From: an uncultured Candidatus Saccharibacteria bacterium
Lineage (GTDB): Bacteria > Patescibacteriota > WWE3 > CAZQFB01
Assembly (NCBI GenBank): GCA_964592525.1
Contig: CAZQFB010000001.1
Coordinates: forward strand, 1,212 to 65,211
Reading direction: 5' to 3'
DNA length: 64,000 nt
The position numbers were made by a program, and so were the translations under genes. Positions 28,142 through 36,730 of this stretch are shown in pieces (position 1 is the stretch's first letter; the number at the start of each line of letters is the position of its first letter). The notes beneath the pieces were generated by a model. It saw only the letters and a list, made by a program, of their open reading frames with translations. It had not been told where the DNA came from and ran no database searches.

Positions 28142-28550
28142 AGAAGATACTAAAAATTTAGCCCAAGAGATAGCTAATAACCTCCAGGGTGGTGAGGTTA
28201 TTGCTCTTAGTGGAGAATTGGGTACGGGTAAAACTACTTTTACTAGGTATTTGGTGGCGTGTTTGGGAGGTACGGCTAGAGTGATGAGCCCAACGTTTGT
28301 GCTTCATCGGATATACCCCGTGCACAGTGGTTCTATTGTAAAAGTCCATCATTTGGATGCTTATCGGTTAGGAGCCAATCAGGATTTTGAGGAAGGCATT
28401 AATATAGAAGAACTGGTAGATCAGAAATCTGTTTTGGTAGTTGAATGGGCAGACAAGGTGTTGGCTTGGTTGCCCCAGGATAGCTTGATCAAAATTGAGT
28501 TTGAATACCTGGAAAAGGGTGGAAGAAAGTTAAAAATAAAGGGCGTTTAA
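28113..28550 (+). CDS. tsaE: tRNA t6A biosynthesis ATPase TsaE (YjeE).
   Basis: Walker A GELGTGKTT. Size and layout of YjeE. Adjacent to a tsaB-like gene. Confidence 0.8.
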   Translation: MDKWIHLSSEEDTKNLAQEIANNLQGGEVIALSGELGTGKTTFTRYLVACLGGTARVMSPTFVLHRIYPVHSGSIVKVHHLDAYRLGANQDFEEGINIEELVDQKSVLVVEWADKVLAWLPQDSLIKIEFEYLEKGGRKLKIKGV

Positions 28551-28635
28551 CTTAAAATTCAAAAGCTAAAAGCAATATCTAAAGGTTAGTAAGTTATACT
28601 TATTGCTTATTGGCAATTATTTTTTAGATAAGATT

Positions 28636-28932
28636 ATGAAGTTATTTATTGATACATCAGATAGGGATAACAAGGTAATAAAAATTGGCGACCACCAACG
28701 TGGTTTTGATGGTGACTTGCTCCTGGAGATTGATTCTCTTTTAAACGAAATAGGTAAAGACGTGCACGACATTACCGAAATTGAGGTTAACAAAGGACCA
28801 GGATCGTTCACTTCGTTAAGGATCGGTGTGGCTGTGACCAATGCCCTTAATTATGCCCTTGGGCTAAAAGAGGAAACGATTACGCCAGTGTACGGTTCCC
28901 CTCCCAATATCACCACGACACACAATAAATAG
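28636..28932 (+). CDS. tsaB: TsaB-like (YeaZ) N-terminal domain, either a short form or a truncated fragment.
   Basis: MKLFIDTSDRD...GPGSFTSLRIGVAVTNALNYALGL matches the TsaB N-terminal ASKHA subdomain. Only about 98 aa, ending right where the GC-rich island begins. Confidence 0.5.
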   Translation: MKLFIDTSDRDNKVIKIGDHQRGFDGDLLLEIDSLLNEIGKDVHDITEIEVNKGPGSFTSLRIGVAVTNALNYALGLKEETITPVYGSPPNITTTHNK

Positions 28933-29045
28933 CACCATCCAGTCCTTTCCCTAGCAAGCAAACATGGTTACTTCAGCTTTTCCTCGCTACATGTTTTAGT
29001 TATTTGCTGTTAAGTCTGGAGTGATAAATAACGGGAAAATGAAGC

Positions 29046-29081
29046 AACCCCGCCTTTGGCATAGTGCCGAAAGGCGGGGTT
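29046..29081 (-). terminator. Strong GC-rich hairpin (AACCCCGCCTTTGGC / GCCGAAAGGCGGGGTT) downstream of the island minus-strand gene. Possibly bidirectional.
   Basis: A 15-16 bp stem with one bulge, followed on the minus strand by TTCATTTTCCC. Confidence 0.5.
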
Positions 29082-29093
29082 GTGCGTTGCTAG

Positions 29094-29600
29094 CTATACC
29101 TCTTCCCGCTGTTCCTCATTTAGCGGGTACGCGTACTTCGTTCCGTTGAGTATGTCGGAGACGATCCCCGACGCTACCACCCAGGGTATGGGTTGATGGA
29201 CCTGGACTACCCAGGTCAGAACCCTCTCGGTGGTTCCCCGAGGCGTCTGGAGACGAATTTGCATGTACGTATAGGGGAGGGTGTTTCCTTCCTTATCCCC
29301 AATCCGCACAGCATACTCGTCTTGTTTTAGCAGGGCCTCCAGACCAACAATTCTGGAGACCTCAAAATCCAAGGTGACGCCAAGAGTCAGCGCCACCTCT
29401 TGGTTGTATGGGTCTATGACTTCAAGCCACCGCTTGATTGGATCATAGCTGAAATCTTCCCGCCACTCCGGCGGGATATCATCCAGACTGGCTGCCTGGA
29501 GGTAGGGGCGACCGAATTCATCATATCTCACGTCCCCCCCTCTGCCCGATGACTTCCTATACTTTACTCCCGCTTCTGTCAACAACACCCGTACGGACAT
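29094..29600 (-). CDS. Hypothetical protein (island gene A), GC-rich, unknown function.
   Basis: High-GC ORF. ATG at 29600 (MSVRVLL) is preceded by AAAGGAAAA 6-7 nt upstream. The longer track ORF would overlap the divergent promoter. Confidence 0.45.
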   Translation of the reverse strand: MSVRVLLTEAGVKYRKSSGRGGDVRYDEFGRPYLQAASLDDIPPEWREDFSYDPIKRWLEVIDPYNQEVALTLGVTLDFEVSRIVGLEALLKQDEYAVRIGDKEGNTLPYTYMQIRLQTPRGTTERVLTWVVQVHQPIPWVVASGIVSDILNGTKYAYPLNEEQREEV

Positions 29601-29716
29601 TTGCGTTTTCCTTTCTCTCTCCTTCGGGGGGTCTGCCCCGTAAGGATGGAATTGATGGCGGTGGTCCGTATCCAACCGCCTTAGGCTAGAAGACACCATA
29701 TCATAGACCCATAGTG

Positions 29717-29745
29717 TTGTCAAAGGGGTTGCGGTGTGTTATAGT
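29717..29745 (+). promoter_or_regulatory. Sigma70-like promoter (TTGTCA, 17 nt, TATAGT) driving island genes B and C.
   Basis: ttgtca at 29717-22, a 17-nt spacer, tatagt at 29740-45. AAGGAG Shine-Dalgarno at 29782-87 with a GTG start at 29794. Confidence 0.5.
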
Positions 29746-29793
29746 CTTGATCAATTCAGCGTTCGGCTGAAAAGCCTTGATAAGGAGTATTCC

Positions 29794-30285
29794 GTGGCAA
29801 GCTTGTTTCTCACTAAGGACGTGGCGGAAGAGGCGTTGGATCTTTTCGCGGCTTTCTGGGAGTCCTTTGTGGCTTCTGGTAGGCCGAAGCGCTCGGATCT
29901 GCATGTGGTCATTCTGGATCCGACCATTAAGCCAAGCGCTCACACCTTTGATGAGGCTGTCCTCTGTGAGCGCTCCTTTGGGGATAGGGTGCTTTGGGAG
30001 CATCCCTATCGGATGATCGCTCGCGAGAAGGCAGAAGCTACTTGGCGTGAGGGAATGCCCAATGGTCGGATGTTGGCGGAGGCAGCCCCCTTGATCCAAG
30101 TAGGTGATACCCGCTGGGGGAGTGCCTACCACGGCATCCCCATTGTCGGTTGCAGTGGCGTACAGCCCTGGTTTGACGAGATGTGTGGGGCTTTGGTGTC
30201 TCATTTGTGCCGTGGTTTGGCCCAAGATGAGCGCCAAAAGTGCGAGGCAACTCTAGAGGGTAATTTCTACCACTCTGTGCTCTGA
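29794..30285 (+). CDS. Hypothetical protein (island gene B), possibly a GlcG/HbpS-like (DUF336) fold.
   Basis: From-memory resemblance to the DUF336 pattern (LHVVILDP..., IAREKAEATW, ...GIPIVGCSGVQPWFDEMCGALV). GC-rich. Strong Shine-Dalgarno. Confidence 0.35.
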   Translation: MASLFLTKDVAEEALDLFAAFWESFVASGRPKRSDLHVVILDPTIKPSAHTFDEAVLCERSFGDRVLWEHPYRMIAREKAEATWREGMPNGRMLAEAAPLIQVGDTRWGSAYHGIPIVGCSGVQPWFDEMCGALVSHLCRGLAQDERQKCEATLEGNFYHSVL

Positions 30286-30309
30286 TACCTAGCCAAAGGA
30301 GAAGAAGCA

Positions 30310-30690
30310 ATGCCCGTCGCCTATGTTTATGGTGTTATGGTTGATGGTCTGACTGATCTCTCCCAGGGGGTGTTGGCAGACTTCATTCGTCGCACGGCGG
30401 CGCCGGAGCTAGGACACTGTGCAGAAGATATGGAGGTTAGCTTCCTTGCCACCCCAGTCTTCTCACTTGGAGCGATGCCGCTGAATGTGATAGTGCTCTG
30501 GTCTACACCATGGCCTCGGAGTCAGGATGATTGGGACCAGATCGCCCGAAGGAGAGACTCCTGTTTAAGGGCCCTACGGGTGCTATTCAAAGCACCCGAA
30601 TTGTTGGAATATATGGGAGAAGCCACAGGACGAGTCTTGGTTGAAGCGTGGCCAAGACCGGGCTGTAACTTCCAGCTCTTTCCTCTGTAG
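30310..30690 (+). CDS. Hypothetical protein (island gene C), 126 aa, starting Met-Pro. A tautomerase-superfamily-like fold is possible.
   Basis: The MPVAYVYGV N-terminus (Pro-1) and ~126-aa size recall CHMI or tautomerase family members. Speculative. Confidence 0.3.
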   Translation: MPVAYVYGVMVDGLTDLSQGVLADFIRRTAAPELGHCAEDMEVSFLATPVFSLGAMPLNVIVLWSTPWPRSQDDWDQIARRRDSCLRALRVLFKAPELLEYMGEATGRVLVEAWPRPGCNFQLFPL

Positions 30691-30696
30691 TTTCAG

Positions 30697-30733
30697 GCCC
30701 GATTGGCACAAGCCAGTCGGGCCTTTGTTCCTC
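30697..30733 (+). terminator. Hairpin (GCCCGATTGG-cacaagc-CAGTCGGGC) followed by a T-rich tract, terminating the island + strand operon.
   Basis: A 9-10 bp stem followed by CTTTGTTCCTC. Confidence 0.45.
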
Positions 30734-30780
30734 AAACCCCATAGTAGTAATCATCCTTTTTATATGGTATATTCACCTTT

Positions 30781-31353
30781 GCAGGAAGATGCACGGTCGC
30801 TGTTTTTTGTCATTAGGTTTTAGTGGTTAGGTTCTAGTAGGATTTCCTAAATTAAGGGACCTGCCATGTGAAGCCTTTCACCCTCCTTAGTTTTTGCGAA
30901 GAAGGGGTGGCGAAGGATGGAGGAAAGTCCAGACAGCATAGAGCAAGGGGTCGGGCCGTAAGTCCCGATGCGTAAGCACTGGTGTCTCTTTTCCGAAAGG
31001 AAAAGAGGATAGAGAGGGCATCAACCCTTTCTAAGACCCACAGAGACAATACGAGACCTAAGGCATTAGCTATGGTCAAAAGGTGAAAAGCCATGAACCA
31101 CATCAGGTTCTAGTTAAGGGAATCCCACCCGCTGCAATCCACGACCCTGCCGATGAAAGGCTGCTCGTCATGGGATCGCTTTTGTGATCAATCGGTAGAA
31201 AGTTGGAGCATTAGATAGATGACCGTTACCCAGCTCTTGGTAGCTGACACCCCACTTCGTTCGCCTTTGGCGAACTTTGAAGAGGTTAAGCACCGCTAAG
31301 AACGCCTTGCGTTCAAGAGTTGCTAAACAGAATCTGGCTTACTCTTCCCGCTC
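30781..31353 (+). ncRNA. rnpB: RNase P RNA (bacterial type A). The confident core is about 30905..31353; the 5' end is uncertain.
   Basis: Universally conserved AGGAAAGUCC (30921-30930) and 3' ACAGAAUCUGGCUUA (31327-31341). The P4 pseudoknot covaries with E. coli (GUCCAGA/UCUGGC versus GUCCGGG/CCCGGC). GGUGAAAAG (31084-31092) is an L13/L14-like GNRA-type loop motif. The extended -10 at 30765-30773 and a candidate P1 (GCAGGAAGA/UCUUCCCGC) suggest a long 5' region. Confidence 0.75.
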
Positions 31354-31359
31354 AATGAA

Positions 31360-31398
31360 GACCAGGCTCCCCGCCGAATTGGCGGGGAGCCTCTGGTC
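31360..31398 (+). terminator. GC-rich hairpin (GACCAGGCTCCCCGCC-gaatt-GGCGGGGAGCCTCTGGTC) immediately after rnpB.
   Basis: A 16-bp stem with a 2-nt bulge. No U-tract, so possibly a processing or termination hairpin. Confidence 0.4.
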
Positions 31399-31495
31399 AA
31401 ATTAGTGCGCTGACCCTTTGTCCCCGGTATTAAAAATTTTCAGGAAAAAGTTATTTAGCTTGTTTTAGAGGGGATGTTTTCTTAGGCAGCTGATA

Positions 31496-32518
31496 CTACC
31501 TAACTTGGTTGGCTTTTTTAGCTCTTGGTTTTAAACCAAACATTTCTCCATATAGTTCCGTAAAAACTAAATAGGCAATTAGAGCAGAAGGCACGGCTAG
31601 GATAACGCCAATTATCCCAAATAACGCACCCCCAACAAGTAGCAGGATTAAAGTTACTAAAGGGTTCAGACCGACTGTTTTTTTCATCACTGTGGGTACT
31701 AAAATATTATTTTCGGTTTGCTGGATAATGGTGTATAACAAAGCCACTCCCAAGACGGTCCAGGGACCACTGGAAAGCGCCACAATTAAAGCGGGAATTG
31801 CAGACAGAATTGGTCCGATGACCGGTACTATTTCTAGTACCCCAGCAACCAAAGCTAAGGATAAGGCATATTCCACCTTTAACATGACCAGACCAAGATA
31901 AGTTAAGACGCCGATAATCATGCCTAATAATAACTGACCTCTAATATAAGCACCTAAAATGTTTTCAATGGAACCGACTAAATTTTCCGCTAACACCTTT
32001 TTACTCATAGGAAACAGACTAATAAAAAGCTTCTTGACCGCATCAAATTCAACTAAAAGGTAAAAAGTAAAAACAAAGATCGAAAGCACAAACAGAAAAT
32101 TAGAAAATATTCCCAAAGTGGCACTGATCACATTGTTGGAATTGGCGTTTAGCTGACCACTAAAAAAATCTTGGAGTTGTCCTTGGAAGGGATCTTCTTT
32201 TACACCTAACTGTTCTTCAATAAAGATGGGGAGATAATCCAAAAGCTTATTCATTTGCGAGGTAATCGGTTTAATACCCGCGACTCCAACCGATCCCAGA
32301 AAAGAGAGTATGACTAGATAAAGTATGGCTGTGCTCATGCCTCGTGGGATTTTTCTCTCCTGCGCCCAATCAATAATTGGCGTGAGCATTAAGGTTAGCA
32401 GCAAAGAGACAAACAGCGCGAAAATAACCGGGAAAACTTGAATGGTTACCCACACCCCCAAAACTATCAAAAGCAATGCAACTAATGTCTGACCGGTAAC
32501 TACTATTTGTTTGTCCAT
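31496..32518 (-). CDS. AI-2E family transporter (PerM/YhhT-like).
   Basis: 340 aa. 7-8 transmembrane segments with the AI-2E signature region. Confidence 0.65.
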   Translation of the reverse strand: MDKQIVVTGQTLVALLLIVLGVWVTIQVFPVIFALFVSLLLTLMLTPIIDWAQERKIPRGMSTAILYLVILSFLGSVGVAGIKPITSQMNKLLDYLPIFIEEQLGVKEDPFQGQLQDFFSGQLNANSNNVISATLGIFSNFLFVLSIFVFTFYLLVEFDAVKKLFISLFPMSKKVLAENLVGSIENILGAYIRGQLLLGMIIGVLTYLGLVMLKVEYALSLALVAGVLEIVPVIGPILSAIPALIVALSSGPWTVLGVALLYTIIQQTENNILVPTVMKKTVGLNPLVTLILLLVGGALFGIIGVILAVPSALIAYLVFTELYGEMFGLKPRAKKANQVR

Positions 32519-33477
32519 GGTTTTTTAAATTCTCCTAAATATGATTCTACCAGTACCTTGATTTTTTGACCAAACTCTTTTGGGTTATCTTCTTGGTCCG
32601 CGATATCAAACCACTTGATGCGTGTATCTCTTTTAAACCAAGTCATTTGTCTTTTGGCATACTGGTGTTCGGCGATGTTTTTATTCTCCACAGCTTCCTC
32701 TAAGGCTTGTTCCCCAAGAATATGTGGGATAAATTGCCTATAACCAATGGCATCAAGAGCAGGCGCTTCCGGGCCGTACTTAAGTAATAATAATCGTACT
32801 TCGTCCAACAAACCCTCTTCCAACATATAATCTGTTCGTTCATCTATTAGTTTGTCTAAGGTTTCTTTGTCTGATGATAGTCCTATCATGAGCGGTTTGG
32901 TGTTTAATCCCTCCGGCGCGGTAGGTATACCCACCTTTTTTTTATATTCGGCTCTTTCAATTGCCCGTACTAACCTTCTCTTGTTTTTTTGGTCAATGGT
33001 TTTATAAGACTTGATGTCAATATTTTTTAGAATCTGCCCCAGCTTTTCCAGTGAGAGTAACTCTAAACCTTCTCTTAAATTGGGGTTGGGTGGTATTTGT
33101 TCGATCATTTTATCTTCCAAAACAGCACTAATATAGAATCCGGTGCCGCCAACTAGTAAAGGTAGTTTGTTTCTTGCCCAAACCTGATTAATGATCTGGA
33201 TAGCCATATCTCGGTACTTAATAACCGTGATTTGTTCACTTGGTTTCAGGATATTGTAGAGGTGAATGGGGATGCCTTCCTCAAGCCAGATGCTACCTTC
33301 TATAACCACATTACTTTTATTGATGGCACCTCTACCAGAACCGATATCTAGCTCTGTGTAGATTTGTCTGCTGTCGGCGGAAATAATTTCACCGTTGAAT
33401 TGCTGCGCTAGTTTAATCGCTGTGGTTGTTTTACCGGTAGCCGTTGGTCCACAGATAACCACTAAAGGTTTCATCAT
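32503..33477 (-). CDS. miaA: tRNA dimethylallyltransferase MiaA.
   Basis: P-loop VVICGPTATGKTTTAIKLA followed by ISADSRQIYTELDIGSG. Confidence 0.85.
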   Translation of the reverse strand: MMKPLVVICGPTATGKTTTAIKLAQQFNGEIISADSRQIYTELDIGSGRGAINKSNVVIEGSIWLEEGIPIHLYNILKPSEQITVIKYRDMAIQIINQVWARNKLPLLVGGTGFYISAVLEDKMIEQIPPNPNLREGLELLSLEKLGQILKNIDIKSYKTIDQKNKRRLVRAIERAEYKKKVGIPTAPEGLNTKPLMIGLSSDKETLDKLIDERTDYMLEEGLLDEVRLLLLKYGPEAPALDAIGYRQFIPHILGEQALEEAVENKNIAEHQYAKRQMTWFKRDTRIKWFDIADQEDNPKEFGQKIKVLVESYLGEFKKPWTNK

Positions 33478-33486
33478 TAAAAATAT

Positions 33487-34638
33487 TTATAGCCTATATT
33501 GTTTAATTATGTCACTTAGCATAGCATGCCGTTGTTTTTTAATCTTTAAAGGGATATTGTCTTTCTCAAATTTGTAAGCATTTGTACCTATTCTGGGTGA
33601 GTACATGGAAATATAAGCTAAGGTGAAATGAACTTTTTTGCATAGTGCCACTGTATTTTGGAAAGCCCTTTCATCTTCTCCCGGAAAACCAACAATAATA
33701 TCCGTACTAATTTGGATATCTGGTACTTCGCGCTTGATATTTTCAACGAGCGTTAAAAAATCCTGTTTAGTGTGCCGACGATTCATTTTTTTTAAAATTG
33801 TGTTATCACCTGATTGCACGGCTAGATGAAGTTGGCGATCAATTTTGGGCCAGGCCAACGTGCGGACTAAATCCATCGTGAAATCAAAAGGATTGCTGGA
33901 AAGGAAACTAATCTTGTTAAGTTTTTCAAGCTGGTGAAGCTCTCGCAATAACGCAGCAAAAGGTAGGCTCTCGTTTGAATTAGCCCTAATCGCGAGTTTT
34001 TGCTTTAAGTCTTTAATACCCCACGAATTAACATTTTGACCCAGTAAGGTTAGATGGCTATAACCCTCTTTCGTTAACTGGGTAGCTTTTTTAAGAATGG
34101 CGGTTTGACTCCTTGATATTTCTGGACCGCGCGCGTATGGAACCACACAATAGGTACAAAAATTATCACAACCATTAGAAATGGGCAGATAGGCATGCTC
34201 ATCCATATCCCGCTTCGGTCTAAAGGAGTGTTGCATAACCAAAGCTGGCAATTTCAAAATCCCCTTCTGACCTAATTGATTAATAAAACAGGCAAAATCA
34301 TTAGTTTCTACCAGATAATCAACCCAAGGTATTTTTTTTAGCAGAGCCTTTTCTGACCATCTTCGTCTTTCTCCTCTAACACTACCAACTAAACAGCCAG
34401 TGAGTACTACTACCGCTTGGGGGTTGTTGTTCTTTAATAGTTTTATTTTAGGAGCTAAACCATAGACCTTATCTTCAGCAGCTTGCCGGACAGAACAAGT
34501 ATTGATAAGCAAGAGGTCACACTCTAGCAGATGAGTAGTTCTCGACATACCCACACCTTCAAGTATCCCCGCCATATTTTCACTGTCGGCGATATTCATT
34601 TGGCAACCATAAGTGAGAAGATGATATTTTTTAAGCAT
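33487..34638 (-). CDS. miaB: MiaB-family radical-SAM methylthiotransferase.
   Basis: N-terminal MTTase domain (YGCQMNIADSE...) and a radical SAM CxxxCxxC (CDNFCTYC). Adjacent to miaA. 383 aa, so the TRAM domain is short or absent. Confidence 0.65.
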   Translation of the reverse strand: MLKKYHLLTYGCQMNIADSENMAGILEGVGMSRTTHLLECDLLLINTCSVRQAAEDKVYGLAPKIKLLKNNNPQAVVVLTGCLVGSVRGERRRWSEKALLKKIPWVDYLVETNDFACFINQLGQKGILKLPALVMQHSFRPKRDMDEHAYLPISNGCDNFCTYCVVPYARGPEISRSQTAILKKATQLTKEGYSHLTLLGQNVNSWGIKDLKQKLAIRANSNESLPFAALLRELHQLEKLNKISFLSSNPFDFTMDLVRTLAWPKIDRQLHLAVQSGDNTILKKMNRRHTKQDFLTLVENIKREVPDIQISTDIIVGFPGEDERAFQNTVALCKKVHFTLAYISMYSPRIGTNAYKFEKDNIPLKIKKQRHAMLSDIIKQYRL

Positions 34639-34704
34639 ACTCTGATCTTAACTTGGGGATTATAGCTTTAAATCAGCTAAAGATGAAATTACTAGAAGTA
34701 GTGT

Positions 34705-35928
34705 ATGATGGGATTGATGGAGTTTAAATCAATTTTAACGGAGAAGGTAACCGCGAAAAAAGTGCTTTACCGAGCTCCCTTTGATATCGCTGTTCATGAA
34801 GAAAAAGGGGAGTACCAATTAAATGACTTATCACGGATAGAGGCTTGTTTACCAACGCTAAGATTTTTGCTGTCCCAAAAATGCCAAGTGGTTATTTTAA
34901 CCTATGTGGGGCGACCAGAAGGTAAAGTGGTGGCTAGTTTAAGAACTAATCCACACGCGCTAGCTCTGGAAAAAATGTTGGCAGTTAAGGTGACTAAGTT
35001 AGACGATTGTGTGGGAGATACCGTAACCGCATATCTTAAACAGCAGGGGGAAAAGGAAGTGGTGATGTTAGAAAACACTCGTTTCCATCCTGAAGAGATG
35101 GTTGATGATGATAATTTTGCCAAAGAACTAGCTAAAAATGGGGAGCTGGTGGTGTTTGATGCTTTTCCCCAAGCGCATCGAGCCCATGCTTCAGTGACCG
35201 GTATAATGCGCCACTTACCTAGTTTGGCTGGTTATTACTTTCTGCGGGAAGTTAAGGCTTTGTCTTCTTTATTTGAGGTGGTGGCTCATCCATTGGTGAT
35301 CGTGATTGGTGGCGTGAAATTATCGGAAAAAATTGGGGTGATTGAAAATTTGCACACCCAAGTAGATTATTTTCTGCTGGGTGGCGGGGTAGCCAATATA
35401 TTTCTGCAGGCTAAAGGGATAGAAGTGGCGGACTCAATTAGGGAAGAAAAGAATGTGACTACGGTGGGGAGTGTTGATTGGCTAAGGAAAGCGCAGGAAT
35501 TGCTCTCTACTGAAGCTAAGATTGTCCTGCCTACTGATGTAGTGGTAAAAACAGCCACCCACCAGCAGCAGCTATTGCCAACAGATAGGAATATACCAGC
35601 AGGTGGCAAAATTGTAGACATTGGTGCAGAAACAGTTAAGAACTACCAACAGCTATTAAAAGGTGCAGCGACAATATTTTGGAATGGTCCTTTGGGTTTG
35701 ATTGAAGAACCGCCTTTTGATCAGGGTTCAAGACAAATAGCGCAAATAATTGAGCAAGTAGCTGGCACCACGATAGTCGCTGGTGGCGATACTATTGGGT
35801 TGGTCAATAAAGAGAAAGTGTCTCATGTCAGCTTGGCTGGGGGAGCAACCTTAGAGTTTTTATCGGGTAAAAAATTACCGGCTGTGGAAATGTTAAAGCT
35901 TAATCATTCATCGTACCCAAAAGAGTAA
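34705..35928 (+). CDS. pgk: Phosphoglycerate kinase.
   Basis: PGK N-domain (ILTYVGRPEGK) and the C-domain nucleotide-binding region (GGGVAN, GGDT). Confidence 0.8.
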   Translation: MMGLMEFKSILTEKVTAKKVLYRAPFDIAVHEEKGEYQLNDLSRIEACLPTLRFLLSQKCQVVILTYVGRPEGKVVASLRTNPHALALEKMLAVKVTKLDDCVGDTVTAYLKQQGEKEVVMLENTRFHPEEMVDDDNFAKELAKNGELVVFDAFPQAHRAHASVTGIMRHLPSLAGYYFLREVKALSSLFEVVAHPLVIVIGGVKLSEKIGVIENLHTQVDYFLLGGGVANIFLQAKGIEVADSIREEKNVTTVGSVDWLRKAQELLSTEAKIVLPTDVVVKTATHQQQLLPTDRNIPAGGKIVDIGAETVKNYQQLLKGAATIFWNGPLGLIEEPPFDQGSRQIAQIIEQVAGTTIVAGGDTIGLVNKEKVSHVSLAGGATLEFLSGKKLPAVEMLKLNHSSYPKE

Positions 35929-36332
35929 CGGTGACTAGGGTTAGAAGATTCTTGGTCAGGTGCAGCATCTATTTCTGGTAAGGTGGTGTCTGGTTCTTCT
36001 GTGGTTTTGCTGGTTAAGGAATTAAGTAATTGTTTAAAAATGCTACCATCTTTTTTTAGTGTTTGAGACACTCTCACCACTGTAGTGGTGCTCACTTCAG
36101 CTTCTCCCGCGACACTTCGTACATCCATACCCGAATGTAATAACCGAGCAATATACCATCTTTTTTTAATCATCCTTATTTCCGAGGGGGTGAGCAGTTC
36201 TGCCAGGAACTTTTTGCCGTCTTGAGAATCTTGACAGATCTTAGCTAGTTGATCAAAAAAGACGAAGGTTTCTTTAATGTATCTTTCGTGGTTGAGATCT
36301 TCTTGTGGTTTGGACATTGTATGTATTAACAC
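35904..36332 (-). CDS. TrpR-like / YerC-YecD family small DNA-binding protein.
   Basis: About 140 aa with a C-terminal HTH (MDVRSVAGEAEVSTTTVVRVSQTLKK). Confidence 0.4.
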   Translation of the reverse strand: MLIHTMSKPQEDLNHERYIKETFVFFDQLAKICQDSQDGKKFLAELLTPSEIRMIKKRWYIARLLHSGMDVRSVAGEAEVSTTTVVRVSQTLKKDGSIFKQLLNSLTSKTTEEPDTTLPEIDAAPDQESSNPSHRYSFGYDE

Positions 36333-36368
36333 ACACCAGGTGTTCCGGTGTCAAGGCTTTTTAACACA

Positions 36369-36392
36369 AAACCCCGCCAAGAGGCGGGGTTT
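36369..36392 (-). terminator. Rho-independent terminator for hup (AAACCCCGCC-aaga-GGCGGGGTTT).
   Basis: A 10-bp GC-rich stem, followed on the minus strand by TTTGTGTT. Confidence 0.6.
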
Positions 36393-36412
36393 GTGCTTTA
36401 CAAATCAAGGTT

Positions 36413-36685
36413 TTAACGGACAGTGTCCTTAAGACCTTTACCTGCTTTGAAGTGGGGCACTTTAGTTGCAGGAATGTGAATTGGTTCTCCCGTCTGGGGG
36501 TTGCGACCCATACGTGCCTGGCGACTGCGGACTTCAAAAGTACCGAAACCAGTGATGGTTACTTTGTCACCTTTGGCTAAAGCAGCACCAATGGCATCCA
36601 GCATTGATTCTAGGGCACGTCCAGCATCAGCCTTGGTCAAACCAACTTGGCTGGCTACGCGATCAACTAAATCGACTTTTGTCAT
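36413..36685 (-). CDS. hup: DNA-binding protein HU.
   Basis: 90 aa with canonical HU motifs (GFGTFEVRSR...RNPQTGE). Confidence 0.9.
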   Translation of the reverse strand: MTKVDLVDRVASQVGLTKADAGRALESMLDAIGAALAKGDKVTITGFGTFEVRSRQARMGRNPQTGEPIHIPATKVPHFKAGKGLKDTVR

Positions 36686-36730
36686 TTAGATTCACCCCCT
36701 TTCATAAGTTCTTTTAGCACAAGACTCAAT

